From the NCBI GenBank assembly GCA_051294375.1, contig CM119263.1, positions 4,296,161 through 4,360,160 of the forward strand: a stretch of DNA of 64,000 nt, written 5' to 3'. Shown here one piece after another: positions 40,180 through 54,752 of the stretch. Position 1 is the first letter of the stretch, and every line of letters starts with the position of its first letter. The notes beneath the pieces are model-generated. The model made no database searches and was not told where the DNA came from. It saw only the letters and a list, made by a program, of their open reading frames with translations. The DNA comes from Paraspadella gotoi. Its lineage: Eukaryota; Animalia; Chaetognatha. The translations under genes were made by a program, and so were the position numbers.

Positions 40180-40846
40180 GAATTTCCTAATGAGTTAAAA
40201 GCTAACGAGGCAAACGCGAAATCATATATAAAAGAAAATAAAAAAAAACGAGGAAAAGTAAGGATGAAAAGAAAGAAAAATAAATAAGAGGAAAGAAGAA
40301 AGAAAAAAACTTGGTGGAAATATTATCAATGGAACTTGTGAGAATATTTGCATCTGGTCTCCTTGTATAAACAATAGTTTCGAGAGGGAGAGAGAGAAAA
40401 AGAGAGAGAGAGAGAGAGAGANNNNNNNNNNNNNNNNNNNNNNNNNNNNNNNNNNNNNNNNNNNNNNNNNNNNNNNNNNNNNNNNNNNNNNNNNNNNNNN
40501 NNNNNNNNNNNNNNNNNNNNNNNNNNNNNNNNNNNNNNNNNNNNNNNNNNNNNNNNNNNNNNNNNNNNNNNNNNNNNNNNNNNNNNNNNGAGAGAAAGAG
40601 AGAGAGAGACACTCTCTCGCAACACTTCACCGCGAGTACTCCAGTTGCTCTTGTCAGTTTTGAGTCGCAAGGAAAGTGCGACAAGCTCGTTGTTGTTTTA
40701 CGCGCGAAACGTAAATAAATCTCTCGCGAATTTACATGTTGTAGTTTTCGTCGTTGTTGTTGTTGTTTACCATTCCGCGGTCCCGACCCAGTTTGAATTT
40801 TATGTGGGCCATAACGGAAACGCCGCTTCGTGAAGTACAAGAGCTC

Positions 40847-40881
<35 letters not shown>

Positions 40882-41048
40882 NNNNNNNNNNNNNNNNNNN
40901 NNNNNNNNNNNNNNNNNNNNNNNNNNNNNNNNNNNNNNNNNNNNNNNNNNNNNNNNNNNNNNNNNNNNNNNNNNNNNNNNNNNNNNNNNNNNNNNNNNNN
41001 NNNNNNNNNNNNNNNNNNNNNNNNNNNNNNNNNNNNNNNNNNNNNNNN

Positions 41049-41083
<35 letters not shown>

Positions 41084-41957
41084 TTACCTTGTTAGTATTG
41101 TTGCTTGTAAGCTGCGAGAACGAATTCCTCGGTTTGAACAACTTAGTTCACTTTTTATAACGTAATTCAAAATAATAATTCTTTACCGTCGGTTCTTTAT
41201 AACAATTTGATTATACTTTTTGTTCATTGCTTTTAAAAGCAAAAATAGTTATCGAATTGTAAAGCAAAAAACGTCTCTGCCCAAACATAGTAACCCGTAG
41301 TACTAAATCAAGAAAGGCCAAAAGCAATTACAGTTATCGTCAAGTCTGAAGCAGCGGAACGGAGAGGGAGAAGGAGAGGGAGAAGGAGAGCGAGAGGGAG
41401 AGGGAGAGCGAGAGGGAGAGCGAGAGGGAGAGCGAGAGGGAGAGCGAGAGGGAGAGCGAGAGGGAGAGAGAGACATCGAAAACTCGTACGCTAGAAGTTT
41501 TGAACGAGATTAAGAATATTGATAAATCGATAGAAAAGGTCAGGGTTGAGGCGACAGCTGATGATGCGAAGGGAGAGAAAGAGGGAGATGGGAAAAAATG
41601 GAAGGGGGAGAGAGAGAGAGGGAGATGGGGAAAAATGGAGGGGTTGAGAGGGGGAGAGAGAGAGAGGGAAGGCAGAGTAAAAACAAGGAAATCACTTTAA
41701 TATTTTTTTCTCTCAAAAACTCCCATATTTATAAATATAACGAAATTTTAAACTAACTATTGCGCCTCCATGAGTGACACTCTCTCTCTCTCTCTCCATC
41801 TCTGGTGTTTATGATTTCGTCTCGCTTTCCCTTCAGCTAATCCCGACTTGACTTCGAAATCCAATCCTTTCTTCCTTCCGATAAAAACCTTCCTTTCTCG
41901 ATTCACTATTACTCTTCTTTTTATTCGCCGAAGATTCGATATATATATATATATATA

Positions 41958-42230
41958 TGGATAGGGCGGGCTGACTATGACTATCCGCAACTTCTATAAA
42001 CCCCTCTAGCAGCCCTGGAACGGGTCCTGGACTTGGAACCAGGCTTGAAGGTTTGCCACGCCCCCAGGGCGGCTTACGGCCGCCCTCACGCTTCCCGCAG
42101 GGTAGGTACCGGGTTGGGATTGAACCCGGTACCTAGTGGTCAAGACCTGATGGCTTTACTAATTGAGGCACCTTCACGACTGAAGATGACATGCTTATAG
42201 GCGGGGTGAACTTAGGCAATGCCCGACTAC
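41958..42230 (-). mobile_element. tRNA-related SINE-like element inserted in a (TA)n microsatellite
   Basis: Minus strand GGTGCCTCAATTAGTAAAGC (A box-like) ... GGGTTCAATCCC (B box); (TA)n on both sides. Confidence 0.6.
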
Positions 42231-42334
42231 ATATATATATATATATATAGTCTAACAACAGCTACTCTTCAATTTATGTTTTTTTCTTCTTTTTCTGCTA
42301 TTCCGATAATAACTTACTTTTTTCCTGTTCAAGT

Positions 42335-44190
<1,856 letters not shown>

Positions 44191-44352
44191 AACTACAACT
44201 CGGTTAAAGACCAAGAATTTATGTTTCATTTCTTCTTTATAGATTTTTTTTTAATGAGACAATAAATCTGAAACAATATTTACGACGGTCGACGCTCGAC
44301 CGTGAAAAGCCAAACGTTTCACTTTTTTTGTTGCGAAGCGTCTCTCTCTCTA

Positions 44353-44428
<76 letters not shown>

Positions 44429-45068
44429 CTCTCTCGTGATTTATGAAGTGCTCAATTCTCGTCCGTCCATTCACGCGTCGAGCGCCCCCTTTTTTCTCCG
44501 ATGTCCATCTCTCGGTTTTTTTTCGAAGAAACAAAAGACTAATATTAAAAAAAAGATAATTTAATTAAGTCGGAATCGAGGTTTTAATTAAGGCGCGTTT
44601 TTTCATTTCCATCCTCGACTCGTGTAATTAAGGCGAGAAAGGTGGAGGAGCTAGATTTTAATTACGTTTGATTTATATGAACATTTATTTTATCGAACAT
44701 CGTCGTATAATATGACTTGCGAGTATCCATTTTTGTCTTTAGATGAGATATCTTAGTTTTAGTAATGATATTTTTAGTTTTGTTTTCACATTTTTTCCTA
44801 TTTTGCATATAATAAATCAGTTAAACGTTTTTTTTTAGCCAAACTTTTAATTAATTTGCCTCGAGCGCTTTGCGTCGCTTCTCCTCACCATCAGCCCTCA
44901 CTCCGCGAGTCCCAGCCAACGCCCTGCACTCACCTCCACTAACTCACGCCATACCGCGCTCCCACAGCCGCCCACACGCGCGCCACACGCGCGCCCACAC
45001 GCGCGCCCAAACAACGCGCCACACGTCGCAAACGAATCGTCGAATCTCGTCCGATGATGTATATCTCG

Positions 45069-45475
45069 TGTAAAGAATAGTCGTACGTTTACTGATAGCT
45101 GTATGCACTGCATAGTCGTCACTAGCGGCTGCTTACGCGCGTCGATATTTGTTTATTGAGTTTGCCTAGTTTACCGAAACCTTACACTACCGTTTTTGAG
45201 GCGCCGTAAGACGATTCGACGTTACGAAAGTTTTTTGAAACGATTATTTTGAGGAAACGTAAAAAAATCCCTAACTGCCCAAAATGTAAATGAAATTGTA
45301 AAATGTAATTCGACATTGTAATTTGATAAATAATATTTCTGCAGAGTTTTGAACACTTCGCTCTCCGTCACTTAGCATCTCAATAAACTACTCTTCGTTG
45401 AACTCACGGGCATTTAACATTTAGACAGATATTTTTGATAGGCTTTTGCTCAGTGGACATCGATTTCCATATTCA
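45069..45475 (+). repeat. 5' LTR (TG...CA)
   Basis: Matches 51465-51878; contains AATAAA at ~45382. Confidence 0.85.
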
Positions 45476-47449
45476 AACCTATTTAGCAGCCAAAGGGGGA
45501 AAATAAAACCATACTTAGAGCGTTGGAACGAATAGGGACTTTTGGCCCATGAATCCGGATTGAAATTTAACTATAACCTAGCTGATAGCAGCGGGGCTAG
45601 CTAGGATCGACGACGCTAATAGCCTCTCGGGCTCACGCGAAGTTTGAATTTTTTTTCGCGGTTTTTAATAAACGGGCCGGTTTTTCGAAACCTGGTGCTA
45701 ACATTCGCCGCTGCAGCCGCCGCCGGACGCGAGGACGAGGGAACGCGGGCGTGCAGAAGTGAAGCTGTCGATCCCAGTTCCAGACATCACGGTCGTCGAA
45801 GTCACCAAAAAGTATGGAGGCCTATGCCTAACAGCGAATGGCGAGAGTGAGACTTCACGATAAAGAAGGGATATTTTTATGATTCGCGACCGCAAAACGA
45901 ACGCGGGTTCGGGCGTTCCTACGAATTAAATCGAGGATTAAATAATTTCGTGGAAACTTACCACAAAGCGAAGGTCGATGCTACGGTTCAAGCGATCACA
46001 AATCTGACGGACGTGCGTGGCCGGTAACGCGCTTTTCGAAGAACTTCACATTTCATTGCCCGTGCACGCCATCATTCGAGACCGACCGCGTGCGTAAAGT
46101 TTATTAAATCCCGATTATTCGAGCTTCCGTTCGCGCCAAATGTTAGGAATTGGTCCTGTTATTGTTTTGGTCCGCTGCCGAAAAACCGTTCCGGAAGTTT
46201 GAGCTGAGAAAGAAGGGAGGGAAATATTTCTGTACTGGGCCGCCGCGGATAGCCTGTTTTTTTCCGAAAACCCGCGTAACGATCCCCACCTGCCCGTTAT
46301 GCACAGCAGTCCTCGTCCCACACGTCGAGGTGGCTGGAGACTTCGCCCGACTTTCCCGTGTCCACCCATTCGTTCGGAGAGATCGAAGGTCAGCATCCCG
46401 CTATCGATAAAAACAGTATCTCATGCTTCGTCCAAATCGTCTCGTGAACGGTCCGTCGAGGTTAGTACAACGATCTGGAAAAAATGAAAGGAAGAAAGAA
46501 TGATATAGAAATGGAGGAAAGGAAAATTGAGTTAGCGGCGAGAAAAAGAAAAGAATCGAAAGGAGGAAAGAAAAAAGCGAGAAGAAAAGTTAAATCGTTT
46601 TTAAAAGAAGAGAAATAGTGACGACGTGAAGACCTGTTTTCATGTAGATCCGTTACTATGCGGTCGACGAACGTCGAAACAAAAGCGGACGTGTCGACGA
46701 CTGAATGCCGAGACGCCGAAGAAATTCGTCGTAATGAACCGTCGCCGTGAGGAGCATCGTCAGGAGGAAGTGCCGTCTCACAGGAGCGCCGTCATGAGGA
46801 GCGCCGCCGCCGCGAGGAGTGCGCTTGGAAGCGCGCCGCCTTGAGACGTCGCGTCGAGGAGCGTTCGCAGAAAATTCATGAAACCAAAGAGGTGAACCGT
46901 TTTGCACGCCGGTCGATGATGATGCGGCATCAAGACTATACAACATTGTATGCCGCGGTAAGGGGCCGGAGACAGAAAGGGAAAAGCGAAGTCCAAGGTC
47001 GAAGTTTTTTCTTAACGTTTCCAAGAGTGGGGAGAAAATGATCGAATTCTCGCGCCGCGCCGATAGTAACGCCGCCGGGGGTACCCGCCGCCTTACGTTC
47101 CGTTAGCCGCGCCGAAATCCGTACCGCCTCCCGTTCCGCCGCCCGTACAGCCGTTCGTGCTTTCCGTCAATCCAGTTTAAAAGCGAGTGAGCCGCCGGCT
47201 CGCCCCCCGCCGCCGCCGCCGCCGCCGCCGCCGCGTCCTGAGTTAACAAGAAAAAGCTGTTGAGCCGCATGTCGCGCGGTTATCAGAAACGCCGTCGTCC
47301 GTTTATCGGATTTATCACACCGCCGCATAGTCTTGTAATTGTTCTTGTAAACTGAGAGATCTTCCAAGTAGTGCTGCTGCCGTCGTCGACAGGTAGGCCG
47401 CCGGAGGAGGATCGTGAATCTGAAAGGAAAGGAAACGGAGAAAAAGGTT

Positions 47450-50270
47450 GAGAGGATGCGTAACTCAGCTTTGTATCTTACAAACGCAACAACAGGCATT
47501 AAGTTTGATTAGGCAGAACGTCCCCAAGTTAAGTTTAACCGGTAAAGACGCAGAGTGGATTTTCGGAGTCGCAAATGAATTCATTTGAGTCCGTTGATCG
47601 TATCGGCCGGGGTACAAGATGAGATCTTAATGTCTGAGTTAAAAGAATAATTTCGACGGAGACGCCGGAATAATTGTTTCAGCAATATGAAGGCTTCGGC
47701 GACATAAAGGAGCCCTGGAAAAAGGTCCAAAAAAGTTTTAACGATTGAGTTCGGTCGTAGAATTTCACAGCGAGGCAAATGTTGAGGATTTATTAAAAAG
47801 GCCCGAAAATCTCGGATTCGAGATCACGCGGGAGCGAGAACCTTTATTCTCGAGATGGAAAAGTTTCACAGTTCGCGCCGTCCGAACAAAATCGTGCCGA
47901 CCACTTTTTCTACGCAAGAAACATACACTGAAGGTCATTTCAAAAAAAATTGCGTTTTAGCCGGTCCGGTTTTCCGAAGAGAATGATTCGACATGAGATG
48001 TGCAGTTTTGAAAGAGAATAGAGAAGGAAATCTCGAAATGGATTTTCGCGGAAGAATTTATTGAACTCGTGAAAGATTGACGAAGATGAGCGAAAGAAAG
48101 GAAGCTGTTGAACAAACAACGTAAAATAATGGGAAACGAGAGAGTGAGTGAGAATGATACAAATGAGCGCACGCACGTACGGTATCACAGAACAATGTGT
48201 CCGTCCGACGCCGCCACGACCACGAAAGCAAAAGCCGTCGGCGCGAGTCAAAGCGTTCCAAACCAAACTCAGATCCAAGCACACACGTTCACCACCGAGA
48301 GGGCAGCGAAAGTCTAAGTGGTGATTTTTGGCGAAAAAGCACATTTTAAACCGGAGTATTTATAAAATTTCTGAGCTGGACGAAGACTCGAGATCCGGCT
48401 TGATAGGGAGAAAGGCCTGTGCATGTTATGTTTGGTCGAGGACATCAAGCGAGATCATGTTCGAACTTGATGGCTGCCAACGTGTGGACGTCGCGCCCAT
48501 TCACGCATCCTCTGCATCGTGAAGGCCGGCGATAGAGGAAAATTCTTCCTGCTAGCGGCCGCGGTATGGTGACGAACCGGCCGCGTTCAAACCAATAGTA
48601 CCTGTTGTTGTAACGAAATGAGAATAAAATCTGTTGTTACATACGCTAATGTTAGACAGCGGAGCCACGAGATCGGCAATTTCACTTAGATTGCGGCGAG
48701 AATTATAATGTAAATACTTATGCTGAATTTACAAATTTAACGGCACGTACAACAAAGTATCAAAAGCCTGGAGAGATTACACGACATTAGAATTTCGAAT
48801 TTGGACGAACTTACGCCACGGAAATAAACAAATAGTTTTTAGTCGGCGACGTATTAACGACAGAGACCGACCGACCGACAAAATCACGAAATTGAAGATT
48901 ACAATTACATAAGGAAGTGAGATTTGAGGAATTGGAAAGAAGATGCGGTTGAGATGTGATTCTCGACGGCCAGGTTGGCACATGTCTTGGGTCGGTGGAA
49001 GACAGGATCGGGCCGGAAGGGTTTCCCGTTGCACTAAAGAACGAAGTTTCGGATGACGACTGATCGAGCAAGTGACGAAACGAAAGTGGAGATCACGTAA
49101 GTTGTTTGTTCGACGTTGCCAGAGACGTAGAAACTGGCAATATTTGATCGCGAATATGTTTTCGTTATGATTTTCTGTTTGGAAGGGTCGAACTGTATCG
49201 TCGAGGTTCAACACGCGTCTCCGTGCAAGATGGATTTCGCGATTGAGCAGCTTGAGAGAGAAAATTTATTTCAATGAGTCAACGGCATTATGTCGCGCCA
49301 TCGCCATGGAAAAACACGGAAGGAAAAAACCGCTTGAGATGTTCGCGAAGATGAAAAAGAAGTTACGAAGAGCGCAGAGAACAGAGCGAGGAAGTTCGGG
49401 CAAATAAAATGAGAAAAGATCGGTGGTGCTTGAAGGGGTGTTAAAGACGATGAGGAAACCATAAGGTTTGGGTCATGTAAAGAAAAAGCTAAAGTTGAGA
49501 ATCCGTTCGCTGATTTGCCCGTGTTTTTTCGCGCCGTTACCTCGTCGTTACAAGCGGGACAAGAACCGGCAAAATTTCGTATTTGCCCAGGTGCGTTGTC
49601 GAAAGTCAAAGGAAAGTGTTTAAATGATTTTTTGATACGCTGTACCCGATAACCTTACACTTTAGTCGGCATGTTGTTAAAATTTCGCCGAAAAAAGGTA
49701 CAGCTATTCCGGAGATATTAAAGGATTTTTTCACCAAGTTGAGCTTCATCCAAAAGACGTGCCGCGTTTCAGGTACCATTGGTACAAGGATAAGTCGATG
49801 AGGGAATTGGAGGTGCGCGAGCCGCTCGTGCCACGGTGTTCGGTGGCGGCCGGAAGCCCAGGTATAGACAGACTTTCCGTGGTGCAATATCATGGTATAG
49901 AGACTGAGTTCAAAAGAAAGATTTTTTCGCCGGAGGTGATAGCGGCGTTTTTCTTGAAAGTAATACGTCGATGATTTTTTTGATTCGTTGGACGGGATTA
50001 AGGCGGCAAGGAAGATGAAAAGGACAATGACTGAGGGATGAGAAAGGGTGGATTTGAAACTGGAGAAATAGCAAGCATCGGACGAGAGAATTTTGTCGGA
50101 CAGGCGGACGGCGAACGAATGAAGACCAAAAGTGGTTGACGGCAGTCGCGGACGAAGAACTGGAAAGACGATTTTGGAAAGAATGGCCGAAAACGCGCTG
50201 CCGGAGGATCCGTCGATACGCCAAATATGATTCGAAGGATTGGAGTCGCATTTAAAGACATTTGAAAAGT
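47450..50270 (+). pseudogene. BEL/Pao gag-protease-RT polyprotein remnant
   Basis: Translation across frameshifts: KF(T)GKDAEW (DUF1759-like, ~47531); KGLCMLCL..GHQARSC...C...H..LH (~48410-48520); GPEGFPVAL(R)TKFG; KCLNDFL..PDNL..LVGMLLKFR; GDIKGFFHQV (49711-49740); VFGG..SP; YVDD (49964-49975); KGGF. Confidence 0.9.
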
Positions 50271-51464
50271 CGCCCATTGTTTTGTTTTGTTGTTAAGTCG
50301 CGTGCGCGAAGTAATCTTGACCAGGAAACTAAAAAGGGAAACATTAATTAGAAATAAGCGAGGGAAGGGCCACGTCAAATTTGTGACGAGGTCGAAAACT
50401 AGATACCAAATAAAGCATTAACGAAAATAAAAAACAAAAAAAGAACTTACCTTTAAAAATTAACGACGGTAAATAGGATAAACGAGATCAACAAAAGTTT
50501 TAAGAGCGAAAATGAAAGTAAAACATATTGATCGAGAGAAAAGATAAAGTCCTATAGGATAGGCTAGTATTAAAATAGGAAAGCATACTAGCTAGATGCG
50601 GATTACTTATTAAATTTAATTTCAACCGTATTCGAAATAACATTAATTTTTGCTCATAACAAAAAAAAAAAAAAAAAAAAAAAGAAAAGAAAAAAAGAAC
50701 ATTATCTAAACAAACTAATTCTTGCAGTGCAAGAAAGGGGGAGAGAAATTCAGCGTAGTTTCGTCCGTCTCGAATGCACGCATGCAAATGCCCGCACACG
50801 CACGTAACACGCAGTACACAGCCAAAACTCGTTCCAGACAAGATGAAGACGGAGACAACGAAAGACGGTACGGCAAAGCGTCAAGCAAAGCAAAGCGTAA
50901 AAGCAGAGCAGAACGTCATCAGCAAGCAGAACTAGGACGTCATCGAACAGAACAACAGCGTGCATCGAGCAGAGCATCATTCGCGGCGTCAGTCCGTAGC
51001 GCGTCGTCGGGCGCCGTGCGTGGAAAGAGAGACGAAACAAGGCCAGCCAAAGATTGTTGCACACTCCGTCGTCATGGGCGTCAAGAACTGTTGCTGACCC
51101 CATCAAGGGCCAATCAAAGACGTTCTAGTTCGTCGTCAAAGGACGTTGCAACGGGTCGTCAAGGTTGTGTCAACCCAAGATGCCAGCAGAATCCGGTCAA
51201 AGAAAGCAGAACGTTCACTCGCGGGAGAATGGGCAACCGTTACGGGGGGAGCTCGTGCCATGGAGACGACGAAAGCCGGGCGCGGACTTGGGATACGGGG
51301 AAATATACTTTGGGGATATGGGGGAAATGAACTTTGGGGAAAGGGGCAGTACGTCAAAGGAAAATACATTACTTCTTCAAATTGCAATGGGCGAAGATTT
51401 GATTTGTTTCTTGTAGCGACTATTAGTAGTTTAATTGTTTTTGGTCGAAGGGTCGACGGGGGAG

Positions 51465-51878
51465 TGTAAAGAATAGTCGTACGTTTATGAATAGCTGTAT
51501 TGCACTGCATAGGTCGTATAGCGCTGCTTACGGCGTCGTCGATAATTTGTTATTTGAGTTAGCCTAGTTACTGAAACCTTCACTACCGTTTTGAGGCGCC
51601 GTAAGACGATTCGAGCGTTACCGAGTTTTTGAAACCGATTATTTTGAGAAAAACTGTAAAAATCCCTAACTGCCCAAAATGTAAGATGAAATTGTAAAAT
51701 GTAATTCGACATTGTATTTGATAAATAATAATTTCTGCAGATTTGAACACTTCGCTTCTGCCGTCACTTCACATCCTACCAATAAAACTACTCTCGTTGA
51801 AACTCAACGGGCATTTAACATTTAGACAGATATTTTTTGATTAGGCTTTTTGTAGTGGAAATTTCGATTTCAAATAAT
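51465..51878 (+). repeat. 3' LTR
   Basis: Follows the PPT; colinear with the 5' LTR with many small indels; terminal CA not clean. Confidence 0.85.
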
Positions 51879-52909
51879 TCTCGCGTTCATCTTCGTGCGG
51901 CCGGTCCTGTCCAAATTTCAATATATGTATTGTTCATTTCTCTCGTCGATTCTTCTCTCTCTCTCTCGTTCTCTCTCATCTCTCTTCTCTCCTCGGTCTG
52001 TCCTCATCTCTCTCTCTCTCTCTCTCTTTCTCTCTATCTCTCTCTCTCTCCATCTCTCTACTCTCGTCATCCTGCCTTACAGAATGAATTGTGTGTTACA
52101 TCTGTCGGGACTGTGCCATATTTACGCCTTCATTCTTCGAGATGATCAGATACGAAAATATTCATTTTGACTTCGTCATTATCTTTTTTTTTAAAAGCAA
52201 AATACAATTTTTTTTTTTGTATAGTTTGGAGGGCCAAGCAGCCAGAGACAGTCTCCTTCGTTTGCTTGTCAGGAGGGAAGATCTAACTTTTTTTTTTCTT
52301 TTTCGGTTTTAAATAATAATTCCCAACTAATTAACGAAACTTGTTATTTTTAAAACTTAATGCTGCTAGCATATAAATTTTTTAAAAAAAAATGTTCATT
52401 ATTTACCAGTCAAAAAATAATTTTCTTCTCCTTCGTTAATCAACTTTTAGTTTTTGGCTCTCGTATCCTTTGGCTTGAAAAACAGCGTCAACACACCGAT
52501 CCTCTCTCTCCTCTCTCTCTCTCTGCCTCGTCTCTCTCTCTCTCATCTCTCTCTCTCTCCTTCTCTCTCTCTCTCATCTCTCTCTCTCTCTCGTGTCTCT
52601 CTCTCTCTCTCTCTTTCCTCTCTGCCCACTCTCAACTCATATTCAAAAGACATTGAACAGTTGTCATTTTTCTCTCTCGATTTTATGTCACACTATGACG
52701 TCGCACATTCCGTTCGGACGCGATCCAGCTCCGGTTCATCATTGAAGTAAAAAGAAAAAAAAATTTGCTTCTTGACGTCGAGTTGTCGAGGTTGGACAGA
52801 AACCTTTATGAAATGTTTTCCAAGCCAGGAGTGTTATTCACTTTTTTGACACATTGGAAAAGAGATTTCTTTTTAATCAAAGTTTATGAGGGAGTTAATT
52901 ATTGAGGAC

Positions 52910-53318
52910 TGATTGAATGAATGAAATGATATAAATGAATAGATGATCAATGAAAAAAAGATGAATCAAATGAATCAATAAATGAAGAATAAAAATGAAT
53001 AAATGAAAGACATGAATGAATGAATGAATGAATGATGAATGAATTGAATGAATGAAGAAAAGAAAGAACATGAATGAATGAATGAATAAGAATTAATCAA
53101 TGATGAAATGAATGAATAAATGAATGATTAAATGAATGAATGAATGATGAATTAATGAATGAAATGAATAATGAATAAATAATGAATGAATAGATGGATG
53201 GATGGACGAATGATAATGAATGAATGAATTTAATGAATGAATGAAATTTAATGAATGAATGAGATTAATGAATGAATGAATGAATGATTTAAATGAATGA
53301 ATGAATGAATGAAGGAAT
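52910..53318 (+). repeat. Degenerate (AATG)n microsatellite
   Basis: Direct inspection. Confidence 0.95.
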
Positions 53319-54036
53319 GTACGATCAACGATCACCCTCTCTGATCCCTGATCTCTTCATCCCGATCCGCCGCTAAAACAACTCAAAAATATGGCCACAA
53401 AGGTCATTGATAACCCAAATTGATCCCAGATTGATCCCCGGACATTACCCTACGAGAATTCACCTTAAAAGCATAGTTGAAACTCCAGTTTTTCGAGTTT
53501 GAACTCGATAGTTTTTTTTCCCTTTTTTTCCTCTTTTTTGTTCTAACTTTTTCTTTTTCTTCTTTTTTTTTCTTATTTTTATATCAAATATTGTTGCCTT
53601 TTTTTCGGGTACGAAAGCAGTTCTCGACTGGTAATGAGAAATATTAGTCTCTCTCTCTCTCTCCTCTCCCTCTCCTTCTCTCCTCTCTCAACTCTCCTCC
53701 TCTCCATCTACCGCTCCCTCTCTCTCCATCTCTCTCCTCTCCATCTCCTCCNNNNNNNNNNNNNNNNNNNNNNNNNAGAGAGAGAGAGAGAGAGAGAATT
53801 ATCTCCCACAAACGAGTCGAGGATTTATACTCCTCGCATCTTTCGACAACAACAACAACTACAACTAGAACAACTACAACTCGGTTAAAGACCAAGAATT
53901 TATGTTTCATTTCTCTCTTTATAGAATTTTTTTTTAAATGAGAAATAAATCTGAAACAATATTTACGACGGTCGACGCTCGACCGTGAAAAGCCAACCGT
54001 TTCACTTTTTTTTGTTGCGAAGCGTCTCTCTCTCTA

Positions 54037-54112
<76 letters not shown>

Positions 54113-54752
54113 CTCTCTCGTGATTTATGAAGTGCTCAATTCTCGTCCGTCCATTCACGCGTCGAGCGCCCCCTTTTTTCTCCGATGTCCATCTCTCGGT
54201 TTTTTTTCGAAGAAACAAAAGACTAATATTAAAAAAAAGATAATTTAATTAAGTCGGAATCGAGGTTTTAATTAAGGCGCGTTTTTTCATTTCCATCCTC
54301 GACTCGTGTAATTAAGGCGAGAAAGGTGGAGGAGCTAGATTTTAATTACGTTTGATTTATATGAACATTTATTTTATCGAACATCGTCGTATAATATGAC
54401 TTGCGAGTATCCATTTTTGTCTTTAGATGAGATATCTTAGTTTTAGTAATGATATTTTTAGTTTTGTTTTCACATTTTTTCCTATTTTGCATATAATAAA
54501 TCAGTTAAACGTTTTTTTTTAGCCAAACTTTTAATTAATTTGCCTCGAGCGCTTTGCGTCGCTTCTCCTCACCATCAGCCCTCACTCCGCGAGTCCCAGC
54601 CAACGCCCTGCACTCACCTCCACTAACTCACGCCATACCGCGCTCCCACAGCCGCCCACACGCGCGCCACACGCGCGCCCACACGCGCGCCCAAACAACG
54701 CGCCACACGTCGCAAACGAATCGTCGAATCTCGTCCGATGATGTATATCTCG

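Larger units (their letters stand above)
45069..51878 (+). mobile_element. BEL/Pao LTR retrotransposon, copy 1 (frameshifted; RNase H/integrase missing or garbled)
   Basis: ~410-bp direct repeats starting TGTAAAG; PPT GGGGGAG at 51458-51464; candidate 5-bp TSD TCTCG (45064-68 and 51879-83); gag, Zn-knuckle and RT motifs inside. Confidence 0.9.

Noticed and set aside
47450-50270. Alternative genetic code or programmed recoding as the cause of the broken BEL ORF
   Set aside because: Breaks are scattered 1-nt indels, also seen between the LTRs and between duplicated flanks, consistent with read error or decay.
49606-50378. 223-aa and other minus-strand ORFs
   Set aside because: Antisense shadows of the + strand BEL RT.
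50722-51330. 202-aa ORF as a novel env-like or accessory gene
   Set aside because: Biased composition, no TM segment or motif, and it lies where garbled integrase sequence is expected.
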